Shown in pieces: positions 47,953 through 56,535 of a stretch of DNA of 64,000 nt. Location of the stretch: positions 48,801 to 112,800 of the forward strand of contig CAVWNI010000001.1 in the NCBI GenBank assembly GCA_963756315.1, in the 5' to 3' direction. The notes under the pieces were generated by a model. That model made no database searches. It was given only the letters and a program-made list of their open reading frames with translations, and had not been told where the DNA came from. Origin of the DNA: an uncultured Acidobacteriota bacterium (GTDB taxonomy: Bacteria; Acidobacteriota; Terriglobia; Terriglobales; Acidobacteriaceae). Position 1 is the first letter of the stretch, and each line of letters begins with the position of its first letter. The translations under genes and the position numbers were made by a program.

Positions 47953-49212
47953 TTAATCCAGCCGAATGCGGTCAACATTGTCCCAACGCGACATGTCGGA
48001 AAGGATAACGGTATCGCCCTCTTTCAGGCCGCCGAGGATTTGAATTTCATTCACTGACGCTCGACCGACTCTTACCGGTACGCGCGTCGCATAATTGCCG
48101 CTGGGGTCCAGCTTGAACAGGCTGATCGTGGAGTTTTCATTTCCGAACGCTGGGCGTCCGACATGCAAGACATCGTGCAACCGCTGCAGATCAACGGTTC
48201 CGTCCACGCTCAAGTCGGGCCGAGCTCCTTCGGGCAACGGTCCATCCAACTGTACGTCGACGGTAACGGTTCCGTTCACGACGGCCGGATTAATTCGCGT
48301 GACCGAACCCGGAACGATTCCGTTGTGGGTATCAATTTCGGCGGGCTGACCGATCTCGACATCATGGGCCTGGGTCTCGGCGATCTCCAACTGCGCCTTC
48401 AATTGGTTGGGCTGGATAATCTGGGCCAGCTCAGTCCCTACCGGAACATGCTGCCCGACCTGCAGGGGCATCTGCACCAGCACTCCCTCGATTCCAGCGC
48501 GAACGTTTAGCGCATCGACTTCGCGCTGCAACAGCTGTGCAAGCGCGCTCGCCTGCTGCACCTTCGCCTTTTGCACGGCGAGTTGGGTCTCGAGAGCTTT
48601 CTGGTTGATGGTGATCTCTTGCTTCTCCAGGTCTTCGCGCGTCGTCAACGCATCGGCTTTACCCTGGGAATCGCTGTACGACAACCCGCTAATCACACCA
48701 AGCTTGTACAGGGCTTGATCGGTCCGCGCTTGCAGTTGCGCCTGCTGGTACTGTGCATGAATGTCGGCAGCGGTGGCACGCCGGTCCATCAAGCTACTTT
48801 CCAGTGATACCTGGGTATTGTGGTAATCGGCCTGGGCCTCATTCAGCTGCAGGGCGGCATCCTGCGCCTCCTGCATCAGCTGTTGATTCGTCAATCGCAG
48901 GATGACCGTATCCGGATGCACCAGGGCGCCGGGCAGCTTGAAAATACTTACGACTGTGCCGTCGGTCTCTGCGGGAATGGAGCGGATGCGATCTTCGCGC
49001 GGCACCAGGGTTCCAAGACCGCGCACCTGGCGAATCATGTTGCCGCGTTTTACCGTGTCAGTCCAGACCGTGTTCCGGTCGACCGTAGGGGCAGCCGGCT
49101 TGAGCCGCATCACTAAGAGTGTGACCGCAGCTAGCAGAACCAGTCCAATCGCGGACCAGAGAACCTGGCGGCGAAGTTTTCGTTTTTTCAAATCGGGGCG
49201 CGCGATATCCAT
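47953..49212 (-). CDS. HlyD/MacA-type periplasmic adaptor (membrane fusion protein)
   Basis: N-terminus is basic then TM (KKRKLRRQVLWSAIGLVLLAAV). It has a biotinyl-lipoyl-like region, long coiled-coil heptads (QLNEAQADYHNTQ...LQREVDALN) and a beta-barrel C-terminus. Start is at ATG 49212, and a TTG 21 nt downstream is also possible. Confidence 0.85.
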   Translation of the reverse strand: MDIARPDLKKRKLRRQVLWSAIGLVLLAAVTLLVMRLKPAAPTVDRNTVWTDTVKRGNMIRQVRGLGTLVPREDRIRSIPAETDGTVVSIFKLPGALVHPDTVILRLTNQQLMQEAQDAALQLNEAQADYHNTQVSLESSLMDRRATAADIHAQYQQAQLQARTDQALYKLGVISGLSYSDSQGKADALTTREDLEKQEITINQKALETQLAVQKAKVQQASALAQLLQREVDALNVRAGIEGVLVQMPLQVGQHVPVGTELAQIIQPNQLKAQLEIAETQAHDVEIGQPAEIDTHNGIVPGSVTRINPAVVNGTVTVDVQLDGPLPEGARPDLSVDGTVDLQRLHDVLHVGRPAFGNENSTISLFKLDPSGNYATRVPVRVGRASVNEIQILGGLKEGDTVILSDMSRWDNVDRIRLD

Positions 49213-49225
49213 TATTGATAGACCT

Positions 49226-49241
49226 AGCATGTAGCGAGCCA
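49226..49241 (-). promoter_or_regulatory. Candidate sigma-54 (-24/-12) promoter TGGCTCG-N4-ATGCT for the pump cluster
   Basis: Minus strand reads ttTGGCTCGCTACATGCTaggtctatcaataATG. GG and GC have the canonical spacing. It has 2-3 mismatches to TGGCACG-N4-TTGCW. Confidence 0.35.
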
Positions 49242-49451
49242 AAGGAACTAACGATGAAACTGATTGCAATCAATGGTTTATGGAACATGAAAGGCCCCTG
49301 GTTTCGCTCGAACTGTCCATTATTGAAACAGGGTGTTCATTTTCGGACACCGATTTAGGACAGAGGGGAGCGTGCGGACAAAGGAAGGAGTCCCATTGCC
49401 AGAAAGGGCAGTTGACAACGAAGCCGAATTGAGACTAGCTTCTCCCATAAG

Positions 49452-49796
49452 ATGTTTAGGGAAGAAAACTCGGAAGCAGGCGACCTGATCCAAGGCACGC
49501 TGGAAATGCTCGTCTTAAAGTCGCTGGCGCGCGGTCCCCTGCATGGATATGCGGTAGCCGAGTGGATCCATCAAACATCGCAGCAACTGCTCAAGGTAGA
49601 GGAGGGTGCACTCTATCCGGCATTACACAGGCTGGAACTTCGCGGACTTCTCCAGGCGAAATGGGGGGCATCGGAAAACAATCGGCGTGCCAAGTTCTAT
49701 CAACTCACGACTGAGGGCAAGAAGCGTCTGAATGCCGAATCGCAACGCTGGGCGCGGCTGTCGGCGGCGGTCGCATTTGTTATGCAGGCATCCTGA
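49452..49796 (+). CDS. PadR-family transcriptional regulator (pair 2)
   Basis: GDLIQGTLEMLVLKSLARGPLHGYAVAEWIHQ...GALYPALHRLELRGLLQAKWGASENNRRAKFYQLTTEG. Confidence 0.9.
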   Translation: MFREENSEAGDLIQGTLEMLVLKSLARGPLHGYAVAEWIHQTSQQLLKVEEGALYPALHRLELRGLLQAKWGASENNRRAKFYQLTTEGKKRLNAESQRWARLSAAVAFVMQAS

Positions 49797-49807
49797 GGTG
49801 ACTTGCC

Positions 49808-52516
49808 ATGATTTCCGATCTACATGAATTCCTTGCACGAGTGAAGTCGCTGCTTCGCAAGCGCCGCATGGATGAAGAAATGGCGGAGGAGCTGGAGTTT
49901 CATCAGGCGCTGCTGCGCGAGCGATTCCAGCGACAAGGTGTACCGCAGGCAGAGGCGGATCTGGCTACGCGGCGGGCGTTCGGCAATGCGAGCCTGTGGC
50001 AGGAGCGACTCCGCGAAATCTGGCAGTTTCGAGCGTTCGAGAACTTCCTGCGCGATCTCAGATTTTCCGTGCGGCTGTTACGGAAGGCTCCCGGATTCAC
50101 GGCCGTTGCACTGCTCACACTGGCTTTGGGCGTGGGTGCGAACACGGCAGTGTTCTCCCTGATCAATGGATTGTTGCTACGTCCACTTGCAGTGCCGCAT
50201 GCCGAGCAGTTGGCGGTGCTCCGCATGGAGGAGGGCGGTCCTCAACCCGACTACGCTTTCAGCACACCATTTTTCCGGGGCCTGGAGAATAAGCACAACG
50301 TCTTCTCCGACGTCTTCGCATACAATGCGGACACGCTGCAGGTGCAGGGGCACTCTGGAAATGAAAACATTGATGGAGTGCTGGTGAGCGGGCAGTTCTT
50401 CCAGGCACTTGAGGTACCGCCGCTGATGGGCCGTTATCTGACGCCAGAGGATGACCAGCGGGGCGGCAATTCGGCGGGGCTCGCTGTTGTGATCAGCGAA
50501 AGCTTCTGGAAAAGCTGGTTCAATCGCGCTCCAGACGTGGTGGGACGTAAGCTGATCATCGCGAACACGCCATTTACCGTCGTGGGAGTGATGCCTAAGT
50601 CTTTTATAGGAGCCGACCCAACCCAACGACCGGAGATATTTGCACCGCTATCGGCCGACCCAATCATTGATGCTCCCCGGAACCACATCGATGCTGGGAT
50701 TCATGCCTGGTGGCTGACCGTGGGCGCGCGATTGCAGCCGGGTGTCAGTTTAGGACAAGCGAACGCGGAGTTACTCACAGTTTCCGACCCGATTCTGCAT
50801 GAATCATCCACCGACCCCCATTTCACCGCAGAGGAGGAGAAGGAACATTTCCATTTCTCAGCCGAGCCGGGGTCCCGTGGGTTTGCCGACACCCGCATAC
50901 TCTTTCGCAAGCCGCTCGCGACAATGTTCTGTATGTGCGTGGGCATATTGCTACTAGCCTGCCTGAACCTAACCAGTCTGCTGATGGCGCGCGGCGCTGC
51001 CCGCGAGCGGGAGTTAGCCACGAGGCTGGCGATGGGAGCTACGCGAGGGCGGCTGATCCATCAGATGCTGGTTGAGAGTTTGCTGATCGCGACCGCGGGA
51101 ACTGTTTTGGGACTAATAGCAGCGCCACTCGTAAGCCATTCGCTCGCGGCAATGCTGATGAGCGGCAACCGCTTCCAAAGCGTGGTTTTTCTCGATACTT
51201 CCCTGGACATGCGTGTCTTCTTGTTCGCCGCGCTTATCGCGGTAACAGTCGCGGTGCTGATCGGCCTGGTTCCGGCGTTGCAGGCTACGGGCGGAGACCT
51301 GAACGACCATATCAAGGAAGGGCAGCACGCAAGCAAAACGCATGAGAGGAAGAAGACGCTCCCCGCAGTGCTGATGACATTGGAGGTAGCTCTCGCTTTA
51401 GTGTTGGTCAGTGGTGCGGGACTTCTCGCGGTGAGCCTGGTGAGACTTTACCGGTCTGGTGCGGGGTTCGATCCCAGGGGGCTGGTCAACATCGCGTTCA
51501 GCATGGACAAACAGCAGCTCGACGGCGATTCACTGATGCAGGTTTATCAGCAGTTGGACGAGGGCCTGAGTCATCTGCCTGGCGTGAGAAACGTGAGCTT
51601 TCAGTTCATTGTGCCGCTATCCGGTAGAGGTTGGAACAGCCGTTACACGGCGCCTGGAGGGAGCCCGAGCCCCCACATGATCATGCTGAACAGCGTCGCT
51701 CCCAACTACTTCGCAACAATGCGAATCCCGCTGTATCAGGGACGCGAATTCCAGTGGAACGATACCAATGCCTCCGGACTAAAGATGATCCTCAACCAAT
51801 CAGCAGCGAAGTTACTCTTTCCGAACGAGAACGCGTTGGGACATCAGGTAGTCAATCCGAGGGAGAAGACTTCCTATGAAGTGGTGGCCGTCGTGGGCGA
51901 TACGAAGTATCGCGACATGCGTCATCCCGCGCCGCCGGCAGGGTATGTGCCAATCATGCAGGACGAGCAGAAAAAACCATCGCTGACGGCGGTCGTGCGG
52001 ATCGATGGGCCATTGGCGCCGCTTGCAGCTGCGGCGCGTTCGCTGGCGTCGCGCCTGGCGCCAACGATTCCGGCGCCGGTCCTGACAACGATGGATACCG
52101 TGCTGAACGACTCCATACGTGCGGAGCGAATGATGGTGCTGTTGTCAGTGTTTTTTGCCGGGTGTGCGCTGCTGATTACAGCCATCGGGCTGTATGGAAC
52201 GCTGGCATATGCGACGGCGCGACGGACGAGCGAGATCGGCATTCGCATGGCGTTGGGGGCGCAGCGCGAGCAGGTGGTGGCAATGGTCTTCCGTGAAAAC
52301 GCGCAGATCGCGATTGCAGGATGCGGAGCGGGATTGGTTGCAGCTGTACTTGCATCGCGCGCGCTGGCGAGCTTTCTTTACGAGATATCGCCGCACAATC
52401 CCTGGGTGTTTCTGCTCTCGATCGCTCTTTTGATGGCAATTGCGAGCGCCGCGTCGCTATTGCCGGCGTTGCGCGCGGCTCGAATCGACCCCACGGCGGC
52501 AATCCGTTGCGATTAG
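49808..52516 (+). CDS. ADOP-type duplicated permease with N-terminal prefix domain (pair 2)
   Basis: The prefix MDEEMAEELEFHQALLRERFQRQGVPQAEADLATRRAFGN precedes DLRFSVRLLRKAPGFT. It has two FtsX units and ends in IDPTAAIRCD. GAGGTGA RBS is present. Confidence 0.9.
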   Translation: MISDLHEFLARVKSLLRKRRMDEEMAEELEFHQALLRERFQRQGVPQAEADLATRRAFGNASLWQERLREIWQFRAFENFLRDLRFSVRLLRKAPGFTAVALLTLALGVGANTAVFSLINGLLLRPLAVPHAEQLAVLRMEEGGPQPDYAFSTPFFRGLENKHNVFSDVFAYNADTLQVQGHSGNENIDGVLVSGQFFQALEVPPLMGRYLTPEDDQRGGNSAGLAVVISESFWKSWFNRAPDVVGRKLIIANTPFTVVGVMPKSFIGADPTQRPEIFAPLSADPIIDAPRNHIDAGIHAWWLTVGARLQPGVSLGQANAELLTVSDPILHESSTDPHFTAEEEKEHFHFSAEPGSRGFADTRILFRKPLATMFCMCVGILLLACLNLTSLLMARGAARERELATRLAMGATRGRLIHQMLVESLLIATAGTVLGLIAAPLVSHSLAAMLMSGNRFQSVVFLDTSLDMRVFLFAALIAVTVAVLIGLVPALQATGGDLNDHIKEGQHASKTHERKKTLPAVLMTLEVALALVLVSGAGLLAVSLVRLYRSGAGFDPRGLVNIAFSMDKQQLDGDSLMQVYQQLDEGLSHLPGVRNVSFQFIVPLSGRGWNSRYTAPGGSPSPHMIMLNSVAPNYFATMRIPLYQGREFQWNDTNASGLKMILNQSAAKLLFPNENALGHQVVNPREKTSYEVVAVVGDTKYRDMRHPAPPAGYVPIMQDEQKKPSLTAVVRIDGPLAPLAAAARSLASRLAPTIPAPVLTTMDTVLNDSIRAERMMVLLSVFFAGCALLITAIGLYGTLAYATARRTSEIGIRMALGAQREQVVAMVFRENAQIAIAGCGAGLVAAVLASRALASFLYEISPHNPWVFLLSIALLMAIASAASLLPALRAARIDPTAAIRCD

Positions 52517-52605
52517 CGAGAAACGCTAGCCGTTTATCAGGTGCAGTCGGGGGATGAGTTGAAACCCGATTGCCCCGGATCTCTTCGCGTCGCGATTCAT
52601 CCTGC

Positions 52606-55269
52606 CTAGTCCGTACGGAGAGCGGCCATGGGATCGACACTCGCCGCGTGTCCCGCGGGCACCGCACTCGCCAGCAACGCGACCGCAGTGACTCCCACCA
52701 CCGCCAACAGATACGTCGCGAGATCCAGCGGCTTTACTCCGTACAGGGATGACGCCAGCTCCTCCCCGACCAGAATCGCCAGCGGAATCCCCAGGGCCAC
52801 CCCAATCGCCGTTAGCAGCAGACTGTCTTTCAGAATCATCCAGACCACCTGCCCGCGCCCAGCGCCGACGGCCATGCGCACTCCAATCTCGGCGGTGCGC
52901 ATGTTGACGCGATACGCCATGGTGCCATACAGCCCGGTCGCCACCAGCACAATCGCCAGCAGCCCGAAGAACTCCGCCAGCCTGGCAAACAGCAACTGCT
53001 GCGAGATGGTCTCATCAAACTGCGCGCGCTGGGTGATTGGCTGGATCAGCGGCAAATTCGGGTCCATCTGCTGCACTACCTTGCGCGCCGATGGGAGAAT
53101 CGCCAATGGATCGCCATGGACGCGCATCTCCACATTCATTTGGCCGACGATCGGAATCTGAGCATACATGTACCAAGCCATGGGAATCGGGGTTTCCGCG
53201 ATGCTGCGGTATTTATGGTCCTTCACGACTCCGACGATCGTCATCTGATATGGAAAATGTGCGGGTCCAATGGTATGTCCCAGCGGGTTCTGATTCGGGA
53301 AGAAGCGCTTGGCAAACTCCTCGTTGATAATGCCGACGTGCGACGACGTTGCATTGTCTGAATCCGTAAAATCGCGACCCTGGAGCACAGGGATGCCGAG
53401 CGTATGGAAGAAATCCGGTCCCACAACATTGCTCCGCACGGTTCGCGATGTACCGTTGGCTACGTCCGGCAGCTTGCCGTCGACTTTCATATCGCTGTTG
53501 TCCGAGGCACCCGATCCAAGGCGTTCTTCCATGACTGTCACAGACTCCACCCCCGGCAGAACGCGCAGCCTGCTCATCAGTTCCTGATAGAAAGCAACGC
53601 CCTGGGGAACAGAGGTGATATGTGGCTTTAGTTCAAATACGACGAGACCCTTGGTCGAAAAACCCAGCGGAGTATTTTCGAGATTGCGCAGCGTACGAAT
53701 CAACAATCCGCCGCCAACCAGCAGAACTACGCACAGCGCCATCTGGAAAGCGACAATGATCTTGCCGGTCCGGGTCATTCCAGCATCCGACCTTGAGATC
53801 GCCGTCGAGGGCTTCATTGCCAGTTCCGCACCCCCCGCAATCGCCACGCGGAACGGAGCAAGGCCGAACAGAACCGCGGCAAATGCCAGCACGCCCAGCG
53901 TGAACAGCAGTACGGTTTTATCTGGAGCCAGACTCGATTGAATCTGCGCCCATGACGCCAACGCCCGCGTTGCATAGACGGCAAAGACCCAGGCTAGCAG
54001 GCCTCCCATCGACACCAGCAGCAGACCCTCCGTCAATAGTTGTCGAAAAAGTTCCGCGCGACCAGCGCCCAGCGCAAGCCGCATCGAGAATTCGCGCTGT
54101 CGCGTCGCGTTCCGGGCCATCAGCAGCATCACGACATTGCTGAGAGCAATCAACAGAACCAGTCCGACCATCGCCATCAGCAACCGGAGCGGCTTGCCAT
54201 ACACTTCGTCATACCCGGGAAATCCTTTTGCATCCACCAGGCTGAGCGTGGGTTTCCTCTCGCCCGGCTGAGGATTTCCGAGCCCGGCATACGCGGCCGT
54301 CTGAAACGCGGACTGCAGTTGCGCAACTGCCTGCGCCCTGGTCACGCCGGGCGCAAGACGTCCAATCAGCCGCAGACACCACCACTTAGGATTGTCTATG
54401 TAGGTTTTGCCATCCTCAGGAGGACTTCCCCACGCATTCAACTCTGCGCGACTCTGTAACGGCATCCAGAAGTCGGTCGAGCGGCCAGCTTCGACACCCT
54501 CAAAGCCCTGCGTCGAAACTCCCACAATGGTGGTGGGAACGCCGTTCACAAACAGGGTCTTCCCCAACACATCCGGGTTTCGTCCGAAGCGCCGCGTCCA
54601 ATATTTGTAGCTGATCACGGTAATGGGCGCATGGTTGGCCTCGTCCTGTTCGGTAAATCCGCGACCACGTGCCAGTTTCACTCCCAGGCCAGAAAAGAAC
54701 GTACCGCTCACCATCTCCCCATCCGCCTCCTCCGGCTCCGTTCCATAACGGACCGCAACCTTGAAGGCTGAAAGCGGCACATATGCCATGATGGGCGACA
54801 GTCCTCGATTTTGCCGTCGCAGGGCATCGTATACCGAGTAGGAGAATGACGACGTCGAGTCGATGGTCCCCGTCCCGCGAGGTGAATTCGAAGTCCTCAA
54901 ATAGACCACGCGAGAGGGATCGGCCACTGGCAGCGAGCGTAGCAGCACGGCGTTCATCACGCTGAACACGGCTGTGTTCGCGCCTATCCCCACTGCCAGC
55001 GTCAGGATCACGGTCGTAGCAAATCCGGGGTTCTGGCGTATCAGGCGTAATCCGAAGCGCAGGTCACGCAACAGCTTGTCGAGCCATATCGATCGGCCTC
55101 GCAGATAGAAGCGTTCCTGCGCCGCGCGGATGTTGCCAAACTCGCGCCGAGCCTTGCGCCAAGCTTCCTCTTCGCCCAGACCCTGCTGCTTCAGGTCGTC
55201 GGCTTCGAGTTCCAGATGCGCCTTGATTTCTTCTGCAAAATCGTCTGCGCTTCGCTTGCGATGGAACAT
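52606..55269 (-). CDS. ADOP-type duplicated permease with N-terminal prefix domain (pair 3)
   Basis: Start taken at MFHRKRSADDFAEEIKAHLELEADDLKQQGLGEEEAWRKARREFGN, 2 nt after the PadR stop, followed by DLRFGLRLIRQNPGFA. It ends in VDPMAALRTD. Confidence 0.9.
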   Translation of the reverse strand: MFHRKRSADDFAEEIKAHLELEADDLKQQGLGEEEAWRKARREFGNIRAAQERFYLRGRSIWLDKLLRDLRFGLRLIRQNPGFATTVILTLAVGIGANTAVFSVMNAVLLRSLPVADPSRVVYLRTSNSPRGTGTIDSTSSFSYSVYDALRRQNRGLSPIMAYVPLSAFKVAVRYGTEPEEADGEMVSGTFFSGLGVKLARGRGFTEQDEANHAPITVISYKYWTRRFGRNPDVLGKTLFVNGVPTTIVGVSTQGFEGVEAGRSTDFWMPLQSRAELNAWGSPPEDGKTYIDNPKWWCLRLIGRLAPGVTRAQAVAQLQSAFQTAAYAGLGNPQPGERKPTLSLVDAKGFPGYDEVYGKPLRLLMAMVGLVLLIALSNVVMLLMARNATRQREFSMRLALGAGRAELFRQLLTEGLLLVSMGGLLAWVFAVYATRALASWAQIQSSLAPDKTVLLFTLGVLAFAAVLFGLAPFRVAIAGGAELAMKPSTAISRSDAGMTRTGKIIVAFQMALCVVLLVGGGLLIRTLRNLENTPLGFSTKGLVVFELKPHITSVPQGVAFYQELMSRLRVLPGVESVTVMEERLGSGASDNSDMKVDGKLPDVANGTSRTVRSNVVGPDFFHTLGIPVLQGRDFTDSDNATSSHVGIINEEFAKRFFPNQNPLGHTIGPAHFPYQMTIVGVVKDHKYRSIAETPIPMAWYMYAQIPIVGQMNVEMRVHGDPLAILPSARKVVQQMDPNLPLIQPITQRAQFDETISQQLLFARLAEFFGLLAIVLVATGLYGTMAYRVNMRTAEIGVRMAVGAGRGQVVWMILKDSLLLTAIGVALGIPLAILVGEELASSLYGVKPLDLATYLLAVVGVTAVALLASAVPAGHAASVDPMAALRTD

Positions 55270-55271
55270 GG

Positions 55272-55643
55272 TCACGCCTCCTCGCCGCTTGGCTCCAGGC
55301 CGCCGTCGAGAATCAATCCCATGGCCCGTGCCAGCCGCCGCCACTCGCTGGTTTTCTCTACGAGATGATCGCGCCCTTTGGGAGTTAACGAGTAAAAGCG
55401 CGCCTTACGGTTGTTCTCGCTCACACCCCAGTTCGCCCGAATCCACTTCTTGTCCTCCAGCCGCTGCAAAGCGAGGTAGAGAGAGCCGTGGTCGACAAAA
55501 AATACCTCTTCTGACTGGCGTTGAATGGATCGCGCCACACCTTGTCCATGGCAGGGGCCCAGTACAAGCGTCTTGAGAATCAGCAGGTCCAGCGTCCCCT
55601 GCAACAATGCGATGCGTTCGTCTTTACTCTCTCGGGTAGTCAT
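55272..55643 (-). CDS. PadR-family transcriptional regulator (pair 3)
   Basis: MTTRESKDERIALLQGTLDLLILKTLVLGPCHGQGVARSIQ...GSLYLALQRLEDKKWIRANWGVSENNRKARFYSLTPKG. The ORF track starts at an upstream TTG (55652). Confidence 0.9.
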   Translation of the reverse strand: MTTRESKDERIALLQGTLDLLILKTLVLGPCHGQGVARSIQRQSEEVFFVDHGSLYLALQRLEDKKWIRANWGVSENNRKARFYSLTPKGRDHLVEKTSEWRRLARAMGLILDGGLEPSGEEA

Positions 55644-55660
55644 TCGACCCAAGTATGCCC

Positions 55661-55689
55661 CTGTTTGGGTCGGATGTCAACCCAAACAG
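55661..55689. promoter_or_regulatory. Perfect 10-9-10 inverted repeat CTGTTTGGGT-N9-ACCCAAACAG between the divergent PadR (pair 3) and mrpE genes
   Basis: Read directly from the sequence, 18 nt upstream of the PadR ATG (55643). A third partial copy (TTGGGT) lies between the repeat and the ATG on the minus strand. Confidence 0.45.
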
Positions 55690-55810
55690 AATTCCATCCA
55701 GGCCGGTTCAAGAGCATCGAACTTCAGCAGATTGAACATTGATGACAACCTGACGCCTCTCTGGCGCATCTTCCTATCGCAAGGTCTTGCTGCGGAACAG
55801 GGGTCGGAAG

Positions 55811-56287
55811 ATGCTGAGATTCTCCATCACTGTGCTTGGCTTGGCAGTTCTCTGGATCCTTTTTGTCGCAGGTACCAAGCCGGAAGAGATGATTGTCGGC
55901 CTTGTTTGCGTTTCACTTACAGTCTGGTTTGTCTATTATGTAGCCCGAAATGAATGTCCTCGGATCAAGTTGAACATCGCCGACTGGATCCAGGTGTGGC
56001 GCGTTCCAGGATATTTGCTCATCGACAGCTGGTCGATTCTAAGGGTTCTCGCCCTGGACATCCTGCGAGTTTCTCCCGCGCCATCGCTGTTTCGCGCTAC
56101 CCGTTTCGACAGCCCCCGCGATCCGGAGGTCGCAACTGGACGGCGTGTTCTGGCCGTTGTCTACACCTCCGCCACGCCGAACATGATCGTCCTTGGCATT
56201 GATACGCACTCTAAGCAGATGTTGTTCCATCAACTGCAACGGACTGAGATTCCAGCGATGACTCGCAATCTGGGCGCCAGGGCATGA
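55811..56287 (+). CDS. mrpE: Mrp/Mnh antiporter subunit E-like
   Basis: MLRFSITVLGLAVLWILFVAG...EEMIVGLVCVSL...ATPNMIVLGID is typical of MnhE. The ATG follows AGGGG, and the stop overlaps the next start (ATGA). Confidence 0.75.
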   Translation: MLRFSITVLGLAVLWILFVAGTKPEEMIVGLVCVSLTVWFVYYVARNECPRIKLNIADWIQVWRVPGYLLIDSWSILRVLALDILRVSPAPSLFRATRFDSPRDPEVATGRRVLAVVYTSATPNMIVLGIDTHSKQMLFHQLQRTEIPAMTRNLGARA

Positions 56288-56535
56288 ATGTCTGGCTAGC
56301 GGCCGCCGTCGCTGTTTCCGCGTGCCTGTTGCCCTGCGCGGACATGTGTCTGCGCGGTTCGCCCGAACGGAGACTGGTAGGCGTTGAGATGACCGGCATC
56401 CTGATGACGATTATCCTCGTGCTGTTCACCGTAGGCACGCATCGGCTTCCCTTTATCGATCTTCCGTTGACCATGGCGATCATGTCGTTTGGGGGCGGCC
56501 TGGTCTTTGCGCGTTTTCTGGAGAAGCACCTATGA
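56284..56535 (+). CDS. mrpF: Mrp/Mnh antiporter subunit F-like
   Basis: 83 aa with 3 TM. ...RLVGVEMTGILMTIILVLF...MAIMSFGGGLVFARFLE is MnhF-like. It has ATGA overlaps at both ends. Confidence 0.75.
   Translation: MNVWLAAAVAVSACLLPCADMCLRGSPERRLVGVEMTGILMTIILVLFTVGTHRLPFIDLPLTMAIMSFGGGLVFARFLEKHL

Noticed and set aside
52517-52605. Possible bidirectional terminator between the convergent pair-2 and pair-3 permease genes (tCGGGG...CCCCGg). A similar 7-bp stem (CGCACCG/CGGTGCG, 14403-14426) lies between the convergent DUF4965 and LarA-like genes.
   Set aside because: The stems are only 5-7 bp, the loops are 10-20 nt, and there are no flanking U/A tracts. This is too weak to call without Term-seq data.
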